A stretch of 64,000 nucleotides of DNA from an uncultured Ectothiorhodospiraceae bacterium. GTDB taxonomy: Bacteria > Pseudomonadota > Gammaproteobacteria > UBA9214. The stretch's first letter is position 1, and the number at the start of each line of letters is the position of its first letter. Shown here one piece after another: positions 1 to 7,344 of this stretch. The stretch lies in assembly GCA_947258545.1 (NCBI GenBank), contig CAMYJI010000016.1, positions 8,401 through 72,400 of the forward strand, given 5' to 3'. The position numbers and the translations under genes were made by a program. Below the pieces are notes generated by a model. It was not told the DNA's origin, did no database searches, and was given only the letters and a program-made list of their open reading frames with translations.

Positions 1-899
1 TGATCGAGGGCTCAAGCAGTGAATACATCCACTGGTTCGAGACCCAGGGCCAGGCCTTCAGGCTGAACCTCACCCCGCTGAACGTGGCCCCCAGTTTCAC
101 CAGGGCGCTGGAGGTGCTACCCAAAACCTGGGTCTTCACCTCGGCGACACTGGCCGTCGGCAGCAGCTTTACTCACTATACGTCGCGGCTGGGACTGGAT
201 GCTGCCGAAACCCTGCAGCTGAACAGTCCCTTCGATTATAAGCACAACGCGCTGCTGTACCAGCCGCGGGAAATGCCGGACCCCAACGGGCGGGGCTATA
301 CACATGCGGTTGTTGAGTGCGCGCATGAGGTACTGGCGGCCAGCCAGGGCCGGGCATTTATGCTGTTTACCAGCCATTCAGCGCTGCAGGAGGCCGCCTC
401 CCTGTTGCAAGGGAGCATCGATTTCCCCTTGCTCGTCCAGGGTGCGGCACCACGCAGTGATCTGCTGGAACAGTTTCGCCAGCTGGGCAACGCGGTCTTG
501 CTGGGGACCAGCAGTTTCTGGGAGGGTGTCGATGTCCGGGGCGATGCCCTGTCCTGCGTTATTATCGACCGCCTGCCGTTTGCATCACCCGGCGACCCGG
601 TCCTCCAGGCACGCATCGAGACCCTGCGCGAGCAGGGGCGTAACCCGTTTATCGATTACCAGTTGCCGAATGCGGTGATCGCGCTCAAGCAGGGCATTGG
701 CCGTTTGATTCGCGATACCGATGACCGGGGTGTGCTGGTGCTGTGTGATCCGCGCCTGTCCCGGCGTTCCTACGGCCGGGTGTTCCTCAACAGCCTGCCG
801 GACATGCCGAGGACGCAGGACCCGGACGCTATTGCCGCGTTTTTTGCAGACGTTGATTTTGCCGAGGTCGAAGCGTCGACCATGGAACAGACCCTGTGA
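1..899 (+). CDS. DinG/YoaA-family (XPD-like) ATP-dependent DNA helicase, C-terminal part; 5' end lies outside the window
   Basis: Frame is open from base 3 to the TGA at 897-899. C-terminal helicase motifs 'MLFTSHSAL', 'LLGTSSFWEGVDVRGDALSCVIIDRLPF' and 'QGIGRLIRDTDDRGVLVLCDPR'. It lies next to tsaB, as yoaA does in E. coli (from memory). Confidence 0.85.
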   Translation, partial: IEGSSSEYIHWFETQGQAFRLNLTPLNVAPSFTRALEVLPKTWVFTSATLAVGSSFTHYTSRLGLDAAETLQLNSPFDYKHNALLYQPREMPDPNGRGYTHAVVECAHEVLAASQGRAFMLFTSHSALQEAASLLQGSIDFPLLVQGAAPRSDLLEQFRQLGNAVLLGTSSFWEGVDVRGDALSCVIIDRLPFASPGDPVLQARIETLREQGRNPFIDYQLPNAVIALKQGIGRLIRDTDDRGVLVLCDPRLSRRSYGRVFLNSLPDMPRTQDPDAIAAFFADVDFAEVEASTMEQTL

Positions 900-909
900 A
901 GGCCTGACG

Positions 910-1599
910 ATGACCCGCCTGCTTGCCATTGAAACAGCGACCTCGGCCTGCTCGGCCGCCCTGTCTGTCGACGGTCACATCCAGGAGCGGCACGCGTTGG
1001 CACCGCGCCAGCACGCGGCGCTGATTCTTCCCATGATCGAGTCGCTGCTGGTGGAGGCCGACCTGCAGGCCGGGCAGCTGGATGCCATTGTGTTCGGCCA
1101 GGGTCCAGGCTCGTTCACTGGCGTACGGATTGCGGCAAGCGTGGTACAGGGCATTGCCTTCGGGGCCGGGCTGCCGGTGGTGGCCGTGTCCACGCTGGCG
1201 ACACTCGCACTCGGGGCCATGGAGGAGTCCGGCGAAGCGCAGGTCATGGTGGCGCTGGATGCGCGCATGTCCGAGGTCTACTGGGGTGTATATCGACAGG
1301 GTAAGGACGGGCTGCCGGTTCTGCAGGGCGAGGAATGTGTGGATTCACCGGATGACGTCCCGCTCCCGCAGGGCGGCCGCTGGGTCGGGGCGGGCAGCGG
1401 CTGGGACAGTTACGGCGAGACGCTGATGACCCGGACCGGTGAGCGGGTGGTCCGCGTACTGCCCGACCTCGAGCCGCGGGCACGTGACCTGGTGCGGCTG
1501 GGGGCCGACCGGTTTTCCCGGGGACTTTGCATCACGCCGGAGCAGGCCGTGCCGGTTTACTTGCGCGACCGGGTGGTGCGGGAACCGCCGGTCAAGTGA
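910..1599 (+). CDS. tsaB: tRNA t6A37 threonylcarbamoyl-transfer complex subunit TsaB (YeaZ)
   Basis: The ATG at 910 inside ORF 721..1599 gives 'MTRLLAIETATSACSAALSV'. Carries the 'GPGSFTGVRIAASVVQGIA' motif typical of TsaB/YeaZ. Confidence 0.92.
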   Translation: MTRLLAIETATSACSAALSVDGHIQERHALAPRQHAALILPMIESLLVEADLQAGQLDAIVFGQGPGSFTGVRIAASVVQGIAFGAGLPVVAVSTLATLALGAMEESGEAQVMVALDARMSEVYWGVYRQGKDGLPVLQGEECVDSPDDVPLPQGGRWVGAGSGWDSYGETLMTRTGERVVRVLPDLEPRARDLVRLGADRFSRGLCITPEQAVPVYLRDRVVREPPVK

Positions 1600-1805
1600 C
1601 CAAGACAATTCGATTAAGTTTCGTGTAATAAATGACAAAGGTTCCTATGTAATTATCAAGTTATTTGTAGTAGATAATTAGGTGGCATGCGGGCGACAAC
1701 CAGACCTAACACTAAAACAAAAACCCCCGCATGTGCGGTGCTCATGGTCTTCCTGATTCGGCCAATCCCGTACTTCAACACAATCAAGCCGCCCAAAAGA
1801 ACCCT

Positions 1806-1889
1806 GTAGCCCGGATGCAGGCCCGAAGGGCCGGATTCCGGGATGGCTGTGACGATTCCCCGGATTGCGCTGCGCTTCATCCGGGCTAC
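1806..1889. repeat. REP/BIME-like palindromic element (two inverted hairpin units)
   Basis: Perfect 12-bp terminal inverted repeat: GTAGCCCGGATG (1806-1817) and CATCCGGGCTAC (1878-1889). The right unit 'cgattccccggattgcgctgcgcttcatccgggctac' is itself a hairpin (ccggat.../...atccgg around GCGCAGCGCA). Confidence 0.7.
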
Positions 1890-1989
1890 TTAACCAAGGG
1901 CCAAGATAGATAAATTCAGTGAAGGTCCGGAAAAAGGGGGAAAAGCAGTCATTTAGCAGATACCAGTCATCGCCCTTATGGTGGTGCGT

Positions 1990-2297
1990 TGTGCTTCTGA
2001 GTTCGGCCAAAAGTGGTCATCAGCATACTGTAGGAGCGCCGCCCTCGACGCGATTCCGGAGTTCCGTAACCGGCCAGAAACGGTCGCTCCCTGGATTTAT
2101 GTGTAGGTCTTGAAAGCCGCATAAGTTGTCGTTCCCGCCCAGTTAATCGTAATTCAGTAACCAGCCACAGATTATCCTTCCCTAGTGTAGTAATCCTGCT
2201 CCGACTCCCTTTTAATGCAAGGAGGGATTCTTTGCGCCACTGCATACCGCCTGAATTCTCTCTTGTAGTTCCGTGTGTTTTTCACGGCTGTTTTCAT
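1990..2297 (-). pseudogene. Possible decayed relic of an IS3-family transposase OrfA (N-terminal HTH part), broken by stops and frameshifts
   Basis: Minus-strand reading from the ATG at 2297 gives 'MKTAVKNTRNYKREFRRYAVAQ...'. This resembles the conserved 'RR(Y/F)SxEFKxxAV' start of IS3 OrfA proteins. Downstream 'YTREG*SVAGY*ITINWAG' loosely matches 'ARELGIS..TLY.W' but carries in-frame stops. No orfB follows. Confidence 0.3.
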
Positions 2298-2375
2298 TTC
2301 TCGCCTCGTTATGGCATTTTACCGCTTTAACCCGGTGTACGGATTTGGCAGACCACTTCAGTTCAAGGTGACATC

Positions 2376-2783
2376 ATGAGATATATACATACCGGTTCAG
2401 CGACACGTACCACCCTCATAACACTGGTTGCCATTGTGGTCTTTTTAGTGGTTGCAATCACGTTGTTGCCCAAAGGGTTTAGCAGCGACACCTCCGTTAT
2501 CGGACAGGGTTCCCATGTCGTCGTACTTGCTCACAACAAGGAATCGATGTATAGCCTGAACCTTATGGACTCGCTGAATAAAGTTCGTTCTGAATATTCC
2601 GATCGAATTGAATTTCGAGTAGTTGATATGAACACACCGCAAGGACAAGTGTTTCTCCAGCAACAACAAGTCCGATCCGTCTCCTTACTATTATTCGCGC
2701 CAGACGGCACGCGGCAACGTGTCGTCAGCAACATCGATGACGAAACCGAATTGCGTGCGAGCCTGAATTCAATTTTCAATTAG
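2376..2783 (+). CDS. Membrane-anchored thioredoxin-fold protein lacking the CXXC active site (hypothetical)
   Basis: N-terminal TM helix 'LITLVAIVVFLVVAITLL'. The rest aligns by eye with thioredoxin: 'HVVVLAHNKESMYSLNLMDSLNKVRSEYSDRIEFRVVDMN...VRSVSLLLFAPDG' versus 'VLVDFWAEWCGPCKMIAP..DEIADEY..KLTVAKLNID...IRGIPTLLLF.NG'. WCGPC is replaced by 'AHNKES'. The gene lies in AT-richer DNA. Confidence 0.6.
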   Translation: MRYIHTGSATRTTLITLVAIVVFLVVAITLLPKGFSSDTSVIGQGSHVVVLAHNKESMYSLNLMDSLNKVRSEYSDRIEFRVVDMNTPQGQVFLQQQQVRSVSLLLFAPDGTRQRVVSNIDDETELRASLNSIFN

Positions 2784-3078
2784 TCGTAAATACGACTTTC
2801 CGTCAATAGCAACAAGCAAAAACGGGGTCAGAACACAGTTTTCGCGTACAGCAACTTACGGGGAACCGGGTTGGCTCAGTGGTTGCAGTCTAGAATCCGA
2901 CCCGGGAACGACCGGTTCCAGTTCTTTGTCTTTAAACCATTGATTATATTGGCTGTGACTTAAAGTCCGGGTAGGGGCGGATACTTGCCGATCCTGGCAG
3001 TCCCTTCTCTGATTGTTGCCAAAAGCAGGCTAAGGCAGGAACCGGCTGCCAAAAACAGACCTTTAAACTCATATGAAA

Positions 3079-3096
3079 ACGGCCCCGAAGGGCCGT
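3079..3096 (-). terminator. Hairpin just downstream of the PEP-CTERM gene (putative intrinsic terminator)
   Basis: 7-bp GC stem ACGGCCC / GGGCCGT around loop CGAA. On the minus strand it is followed by UUUCAUAU. It lies 18 nt past the stop at 3114. Confidence 0.5.
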
Positions 3097-3113
3097 AATC
3101 ATGAATCTTATTG

Positions 3114-3503
3114 TCAAGTTGTTTTCTTGCGTCTGGATATTCCGATCAGTCCCAGCAGGCCAGAGCCGAAGAGCCAGGTGGTGGCAGGGATCGGCACTGG
3201 ATTTGTCTGCACTGTTACTTTATCAACCCATAGTGTCGAAAAGTATGCATAATCATTTGCCGCCTGCCCATTAGAAGTTGTCTGACCATCAAAAGAATTG
3301 TAGCTCCCGAAACTTACTCTAATACCTAATATATCTTCTGTAGTTATTCCAGAAGCCTTTTCTACGCTATCCCAGGATATAGTTGTTAATCCAGTTTCAT
3401 CACGGCTCAATGTTGCTAGCGGATTCCCATGCAACCCCTTCGAGCCAGCGCCACTACTATTAGTTGGTACCACCAATGATATGTCGTTCGCTACCAAGAT
3501 CAC
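3114..3503 (-). CDS. PEP-CTERM (VPxPA-type) sorting-domain protein, apparently lacking a signal peptide (possibly 5'-truncated pseudogene)
   Basis: The C-terminus 'NPVPIPATTWLFGSGLLGLIGISRRKKTT' has the PEP-like motif, a hydrophobic helix and a basic tail. The ORF starts at a GTG directly preceded by an in-frame TAG. The N-terminus 'ILVANDISLVVPTNSSG' is not signal-peptide-like. Confidence 0.6.
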   Translation of the reverse strand: MILVANDISLVVPTNSSGAGSKGLHGNPLATLSRDETGLTTISWDSVEKASGITTEDILGIRVSFGSYNSFDGQTTSNGQAANDYAYFSTLWVDKVTVQTNPVPIPATTWLFGSGLLGLIGISRRKKTT

Positions 3504-3562
3504 CTATCCATGCATCGACTACTTGAGCCCACGCAACCTAAATGACCGGAGTGGGGTGGAAC

Positions 3563-3600
3563 AAAGACATTCAGCCAGATACTGTCTTCAGAATGTCTTT
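3563..3600. terminator. 10-bp perfect inverted repeat between the TRAP operon end and the PEP-CTERM gene (bidirectional terminator-like hairpin)
   Basis: AAAGACATTC (3563-3572) and GAATGTCTTT (3591-3600) with an 18-nt loop. T-run on the plus side (ctttttctct). Sits 28 nt beyond the dctM-family stop. Confidence 0.4.
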
Positions 3601-3627
3601 TTCTCTACGATTTCTTGGTTCGCAGGT

Positions 3628-4890
3628 CTATCCTCGCCACCACAGCGAGATGGTCGGTATGTAGGTCACCAGCGCCAGCCAGAACAGCATCAGGGCCAGG
3701 AACGGGAGTGCGGCCCTGAACAGGGAGAGCACCGGGCGGCCGAAGCGTTGGCTGGCGATGAACAGGTTGATACCGACCGGTGGCGTGCTGTAGCCGATTT
3801 CGAGGTTTGCAAGAAAGATGATGCCGAGGTGGATGGGATCCACGCCGTAGCGCTGGGCGATCGGCAGTATCAGCGGAACCACCACGACGGTTGCCGAGAA
3901 GATGTCCATCATGGCACCGACGGCCAGCAGGAAGATATTCAGCAGCAGCAGGAATTGCAGCTGGCTGTCCACGTGCTCCTGCATCCAGCCAAGAATTATC
4001 ATCGGCACCTGCGCATCGATCAGCAGGTTGGTCAGACCCATGGCGACACTGAGAATGACGAGAATGCTGCCGACCAGAATTGTGGTATCGCTGAGTATGG
4101 GTAACAAGTGTTTACCCAGGTGGATCTCGCGGTGAATGAGGACTTCGAGAACCAGCACGTAGACGGCGGTACAGGCCGAGGCCTCGGTGATGGTGAGGAA
4201 GCCGCCGAAGATCCCGATGATGACCCCGATAGGTAACAGGATGTCCCAGAAGCCCTCACGCAACGCCCGGCCGAGATTGATCCAGGAAAACTTATGTCGC
4301 GGGACCGAGGACTTGGCGCCGACGTAGAGGCAGAACACGCCGAGGATCAGCATCAACAGGATGCCGGGGACGATACCGGACAGGAACAGTTCGTCGATGC
4401 TGACACCGGCGACAATACCGTAGAGCAGGATTGCGATGCTGGGCGGGAACAACAGCCCCAGGGAGCCCGAGGTGGTCAGCAGTCCCAGGTTCAGGCGTTC
4501 GCTGTAACCGGCGTGCATCAGCATCGGGAACATCAGGCCGCCCAGTGCCAGGATGGTGACCCCCGAGGCGCCGGAGAACGCGGTGAAGAACGCGCAGGAG
4601 GCGATGGCCACCACCGCCATGCCGCCGGGCAGCCAGCCGACCATGGCATTGAACAACTGAATCATGCGCTGCGGCGCGCCGCCGGCCGCGAGTACCACAC
4701 CGGCAAGCGTGAACAGGGGTATGGCGGCGAGATACGGTGAGGAGGCCAGCCGGTTGAGTTCGACGATGAGCAGTGCCGGGTCCAGTCCGGCGTTGAAGGT
4801 GGCCAGCAGGCTGCCGCCGGCCAGGGCGACGAACAGGGGCAGACCCAGCAGGGCCAGCAATACCAGGACTGCGATAATCAGCAAGGTCAT
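3628..4890 (-). CDS. TRAP transporter large permease subunit (DctM family)
   Basis: Polytopic membrane protein starting 'MTLLIIAVLVLLALLGLPLFVALAGG'. The ATG at 4890 overlaps the small-subunit stop (ATGA). The upstream extension in the ORF track overlaps dctQ and is not used. Confidence 0.92.
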   Translation of the reverse strand: MTLLIIAVLVLLALLGLPLFVALAGGSLLATFNAGLDPALLIVELNRLASSPYLAAIPLFTLAGVVLAAGGAPQRMIQLFNAMVGWLPGGMAVVAIASCAFFTAFSGASGVTILALGGLMFPMLMHAGYSERLNLGLLTTSGSLGLLFPPSIAILLYGIVAGVSIDELFLSGIVPGILLMLILGVFCLYVGAKSSVPRHKFSWINLGRALREGFWDILLPIGVIIGIFGGFLTITEASACTAVYVLVLEVLIHREIHLGKHLLPILSDTTILVGSILVILSVAMGLTNLLIDAQVPMIILGWMQEHVDSQLQFLLLLNIFLLAVGAMMDIFSATVVVVPLILPIAQRYGVDPIHLGIIFLANLEIGYSTPPVGINLFIASQRFGRPVLSLFRAALPFLALMLFWLALVTYIPTISLWWRG

Positions 4891-5384
4891 TGCGGCGGTC
4901 TGTCGCTGCGGGGCACAAACAGGCCGGATAGCAGGAAATTCAGTGCCAGCAGGCCGAAGCCGAACGGCATGACCAATGCCAGTATGGATGACCAACGGTC
5001 TTGTTCTGAAACGTATTGCCAGTCGTCATACCAGAAGCGGCCGGCCGCCCAGGCAAAGATGGTGCATACCACGGCCGAGACCAGGTACAGGGGTGGTCTG
5101 AACTTGCGGCAGCGTTCGAGGGGCAGGCAGGCGGCGATGACATCGAGGCGGATGTGCTTGTCACTGTCCACCGCGAGCGCGGCGCCGAAGAAGGTAATAT
5201 AGAGGACCAGGTAGCGCGACAGGATATCGGCTGACGGGATGCTGGAGTCGAAGAAATTACGCGCCAGTACCTGTCCGAAGATCAGTGCCAGCAGCAACAG
5301 CAGTGACCCGCCGGCAACCAGAATCTCCATGCGCAGCAGGGCATGACGGAAATTGCAGATCCAGACCGGTTCAGGGATCGGCAT
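4887..5384 (-). CDS. TRAP transporter small permease subunit (DctQ family)
   Basis: Four hydrophobic segments; 'ILVAGGSLLLLLALIFGQVLARNFF' is typical of the DctQ N-terminus. Start chosen at the ATG at 5384, which overlaps the dctP stop by 14 nt; the exact start is uncertain. Confidence 0.8.
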   Translation of the reverse strand: MPIPEPVWICNFRHALLRMEILVAGGSLLLLLALIFGQVLARNFFDSSIPSADILSRYLVLYITFFGAALAVDSDKHIRLDVIAACLPLERCRKFRPPLYLVSAVVCTIFAWAAGRFWYDDWQYVSEQDRWSSILALVMPFGFGLLALNFLLSGLFVPRSDRPPQ

Positions 5385-6435
5385 CGACAGTTTCTTGCGG
5401 GTCTTCGCCAGCCCGGTATTCGGCAAGCCACTGCTCGATGCGGGCAATCGTGGCTTGTGGAATGTAGCCACTGTCCATCAGGCTTTGTGCTGCCCTGGTG
5501 CTGATGTCGTTGACCTGTGCCTCATCCAGGTCCTCCGGGTTGAGACCGAATTTCATTCCCTTGTTGCGCAGGACATCCAGGCTGTCCTGGTTGTCCTTGC
5601 GGGTCGCGGCTACGAGTTTTTTACCAATGGCCTGGCCGGTGCTCTTGAGCAGTTTCTGCAGGTCCTGGGGCAGGTTCTGGTAGAAGCGCCGCGACACAAT
5701 CAACGAGCCGATGCCATTGGCCATCGGTACGTTGGTGACGTAATCGGTCTTGGTGAACCATTGCAGGGCGATGGCGCCCAGAGGCGGGCAATAGACGGTG
5801 TCGATCAGCCCGGTCGACAGGCTGGTATAAACATCGATGATCGACAGCGGGATCGGGGCAATGCCGCTGGCTTCAAAAAAGGCCTTGCCTATCGGGTCAC
5901 CCTGCCAGTGCCAGATGCGGCGCTCCTTGAGGTCGTCGAGTGAGCGGATCGGTTGTTTCGAGAAAAAATAGATAAAGCCCACCTCCATCCAGCCGAGCAT
6001 CTCGTAGCCGTTATCGCGGTAACCCTGCTCGATCTCCTCCATGAAGAGGTTGCGGACATAATCGATCTCGTCGATGTTGTTGTACAGGAAGGGGAGTTCG
6101 AGGGCGCGTGTCGGCGAGTAGATATGCCCGATGCCGTAGCCGGTAAAAGCACCGCCATGCAGCTGGCCAAAGCGGATCTTCTTTAGGACATCCGGCTCGT
6201 CACCCTGAACACCGCCTGGATAGATCTTGAACACCAGCCGCCCTTTACTTCTCTCCTTCACATCATCGGCCCACTCCTGCAGCAAGTCTGCCCAGGTAGT
6301 GCCGGTCGGGGCCAGGGTGGCGAATTTCAGCTCATAGGTCTTTTCGGCCATGGCCGGCAGGCTGAAGGACAATACAAGGCAGCACCCGATGCAGGTGATG
6401 ATGTGACGTGCCCAGCGTGAGTAACTGTGTATCAA
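5371..6435 (-). CDS. TRAP transporter substrate-binding protein (DctP family)
   Basis: Signal peptide 'CIGCCLVLSFSLPAMA', then 'EKTYELKFATLAPTGTTWADLL' and the DctP-type fold. TTG start at 6435 overlaps the TatT stop. Confidence 0.9.
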   Translation of the reverse strand: MIHSYSRWARHIITCIGCCLVLSFSLPAMAEKTYELKFATLAPTGTTWADLLQEWADDVKERSKGRLVFKIYPGGVQGDEPDVLKKIRFGQLHGGAFTGYGIGHIYSPTRALELPFLYNNIDEIDYVRNLFMEEIEQGYRDNGYEMLGWMEVGFIYFFSKQPIRSLDDLKERRIWHWQGDPIGKAFFEASGIAPIPLSIIDVYTSLSTGLIDTVYCPPLGAIALQWFTKTDYVTNVPMANGIGSLIVSRRFYQNLPQDLQKLLKSTGQAIGKKLVAATRKDNQDSLDVLRNKGMKFGLNPEDLDEAQVNDISTRAAQSLMDSGYIPQATIARIEQWLAEYRAGEDPQETVDADP

Positions 6436-7334
6436 AACCAGTCATCCTCCGATTTTATCAATATGCCGGCACGCTGCCTGGCAATAGCATTAATTAACGC
6501 CAGGTCTGGATTTAGGTTAACGGGTGACTCCAGGACACGTGTCAGGCGCTGGTGGAAGGCGTCCCGGTCAAGGCGTTGCCTGGCCAGGTATTCCGCGTAC
6601 AGCAGGTCGACCAGTAACAGCTGTTCCTGGTTGATTTCATGGGCACGCCTGAAGTGCTCTTCGGCGAGCTCGAAGTTGCCGCCGAACATGGGTGAACGGC
6701 CGCCGTAGTAGACACCGAAGAACAGGTGGGCCCCGCCGTAATAGAAGGTCTCGTCGAGTTCAAGCACGCGGCGCATCAGAATTGCGGTACTGCTGAGCTC
6801 GGCAATCCCGGCGGGGTTGTCACGGTTCAGGTTGACCCAGTTGCCCAGGCAAGAGGCGGTCCAGAACAGCGCAGGCACGGCCGCTTCCCCGGCCCCGGCG
6901 ACCGCCGCCTCAAGCTCGTTATCCGGGCTTGCCTCGGGATCCAAGGATACGCCGGACTGCGCCAGGGCCAGGCGCGCGTGCTCATAGCAGCGGCGATAGA
7001 GTTGTTTCGCCCGCTCCGTGTCCTCGATTTCGACAAAGCCGTAGGCATAACCGTAAAAGCCCTCGGCGGCGTACAGCCTCAACGGCTGGTTGTCGGGGTC
7101 CTCGATGAGCATGCCTTCCAGCAGCTTGAGGTTGGCCGGCATGGCGGCTTTCGCCAGGTCCAGGTCGGTTTCCCGGTTCATGGCGACTATGCCGCTGTCG
7201 AGGATGGTCTGGGTGCCGCGGACAACCATGGTGCCCATCGAGCAGGCGGATAACAGCAGCAAGGGAATCAGCGCGCCACAGAGGCGTTGCAGGCTGGACT
7301 TCAGCAGGGGATGCCGGCCGGATTCTGAGGTCAT
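6432..7334 (-). CDS. TRAP-associated TPR-like lipoprotein (TatT component family)
   Basis: Lipoprotein signal 'LIPLLLLSAC'. All-helical repeat protein ('FYGYAYGFVEIEDTERAKQLYRRCYEHARLAL', 'YAEYLARQRLDRDAFHQRL'). It lies directly 5' of, and is translationally coupled to, the dctP-family gene. Confidence 0.75.
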   Translation of the reverse strand: MTSESGRHPLLKSSLQRLCGALIPLLLLSACSMGTMVVRGTQTILDSGIVAMNRETDLDLAKAAMPANLKLLEGMLIEDPDNQPLRLYAAEGFYGYAYGFVEIEDTERAKQLYRRCYEHARLALAQSGVSLDPEASPDNELEAAVAGAGEAAVPALFWTASCLGNWVNLNRDNPAGIAELSSTAILMRRVLELDETFYYGGAHLFFGVYYGGRSPMFGGNFELAEEHFRRAHEINQEQLLLVDLLYAEYLARQRLDRDAFHQRLTRVLESPVNLNPDLALINAIARQRAGILIKSEDDWF

Positions 7335-7344
7335 TATAGTTATC

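Noticed and set aside
1686-1745. Terminator-like feature on the minus strand ('caccgcacatgcgggggtttttgtttt') that might end an sRNA from the islet.
   Set aside because: The local stem is only 4 bp (CCGC / GCGG). The alternative is an 8-bp stem with a 31-nt loop. That is too weak to call without transcript data.
2858-2925. tRNA-like fragment ('ggctcagtggt...ggttccagttc') that could mark an island attachment site.
   Set aside because: I could not fold it into a cloverleaf. The D-stem and T-stem partners are missing and there is no acceptor pairing. At most it is an 8-bp inverted repeat (GGAACCGG / CCGGTTCC) with a long loop.
3481-4104. 207-aa plus-strand ORF overlapping the TRAP large-permease gene.
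   Set aside because: It is antisense to a clear DctM-family gene. The product is His-, Gln- and Asp-rich with no motifs.
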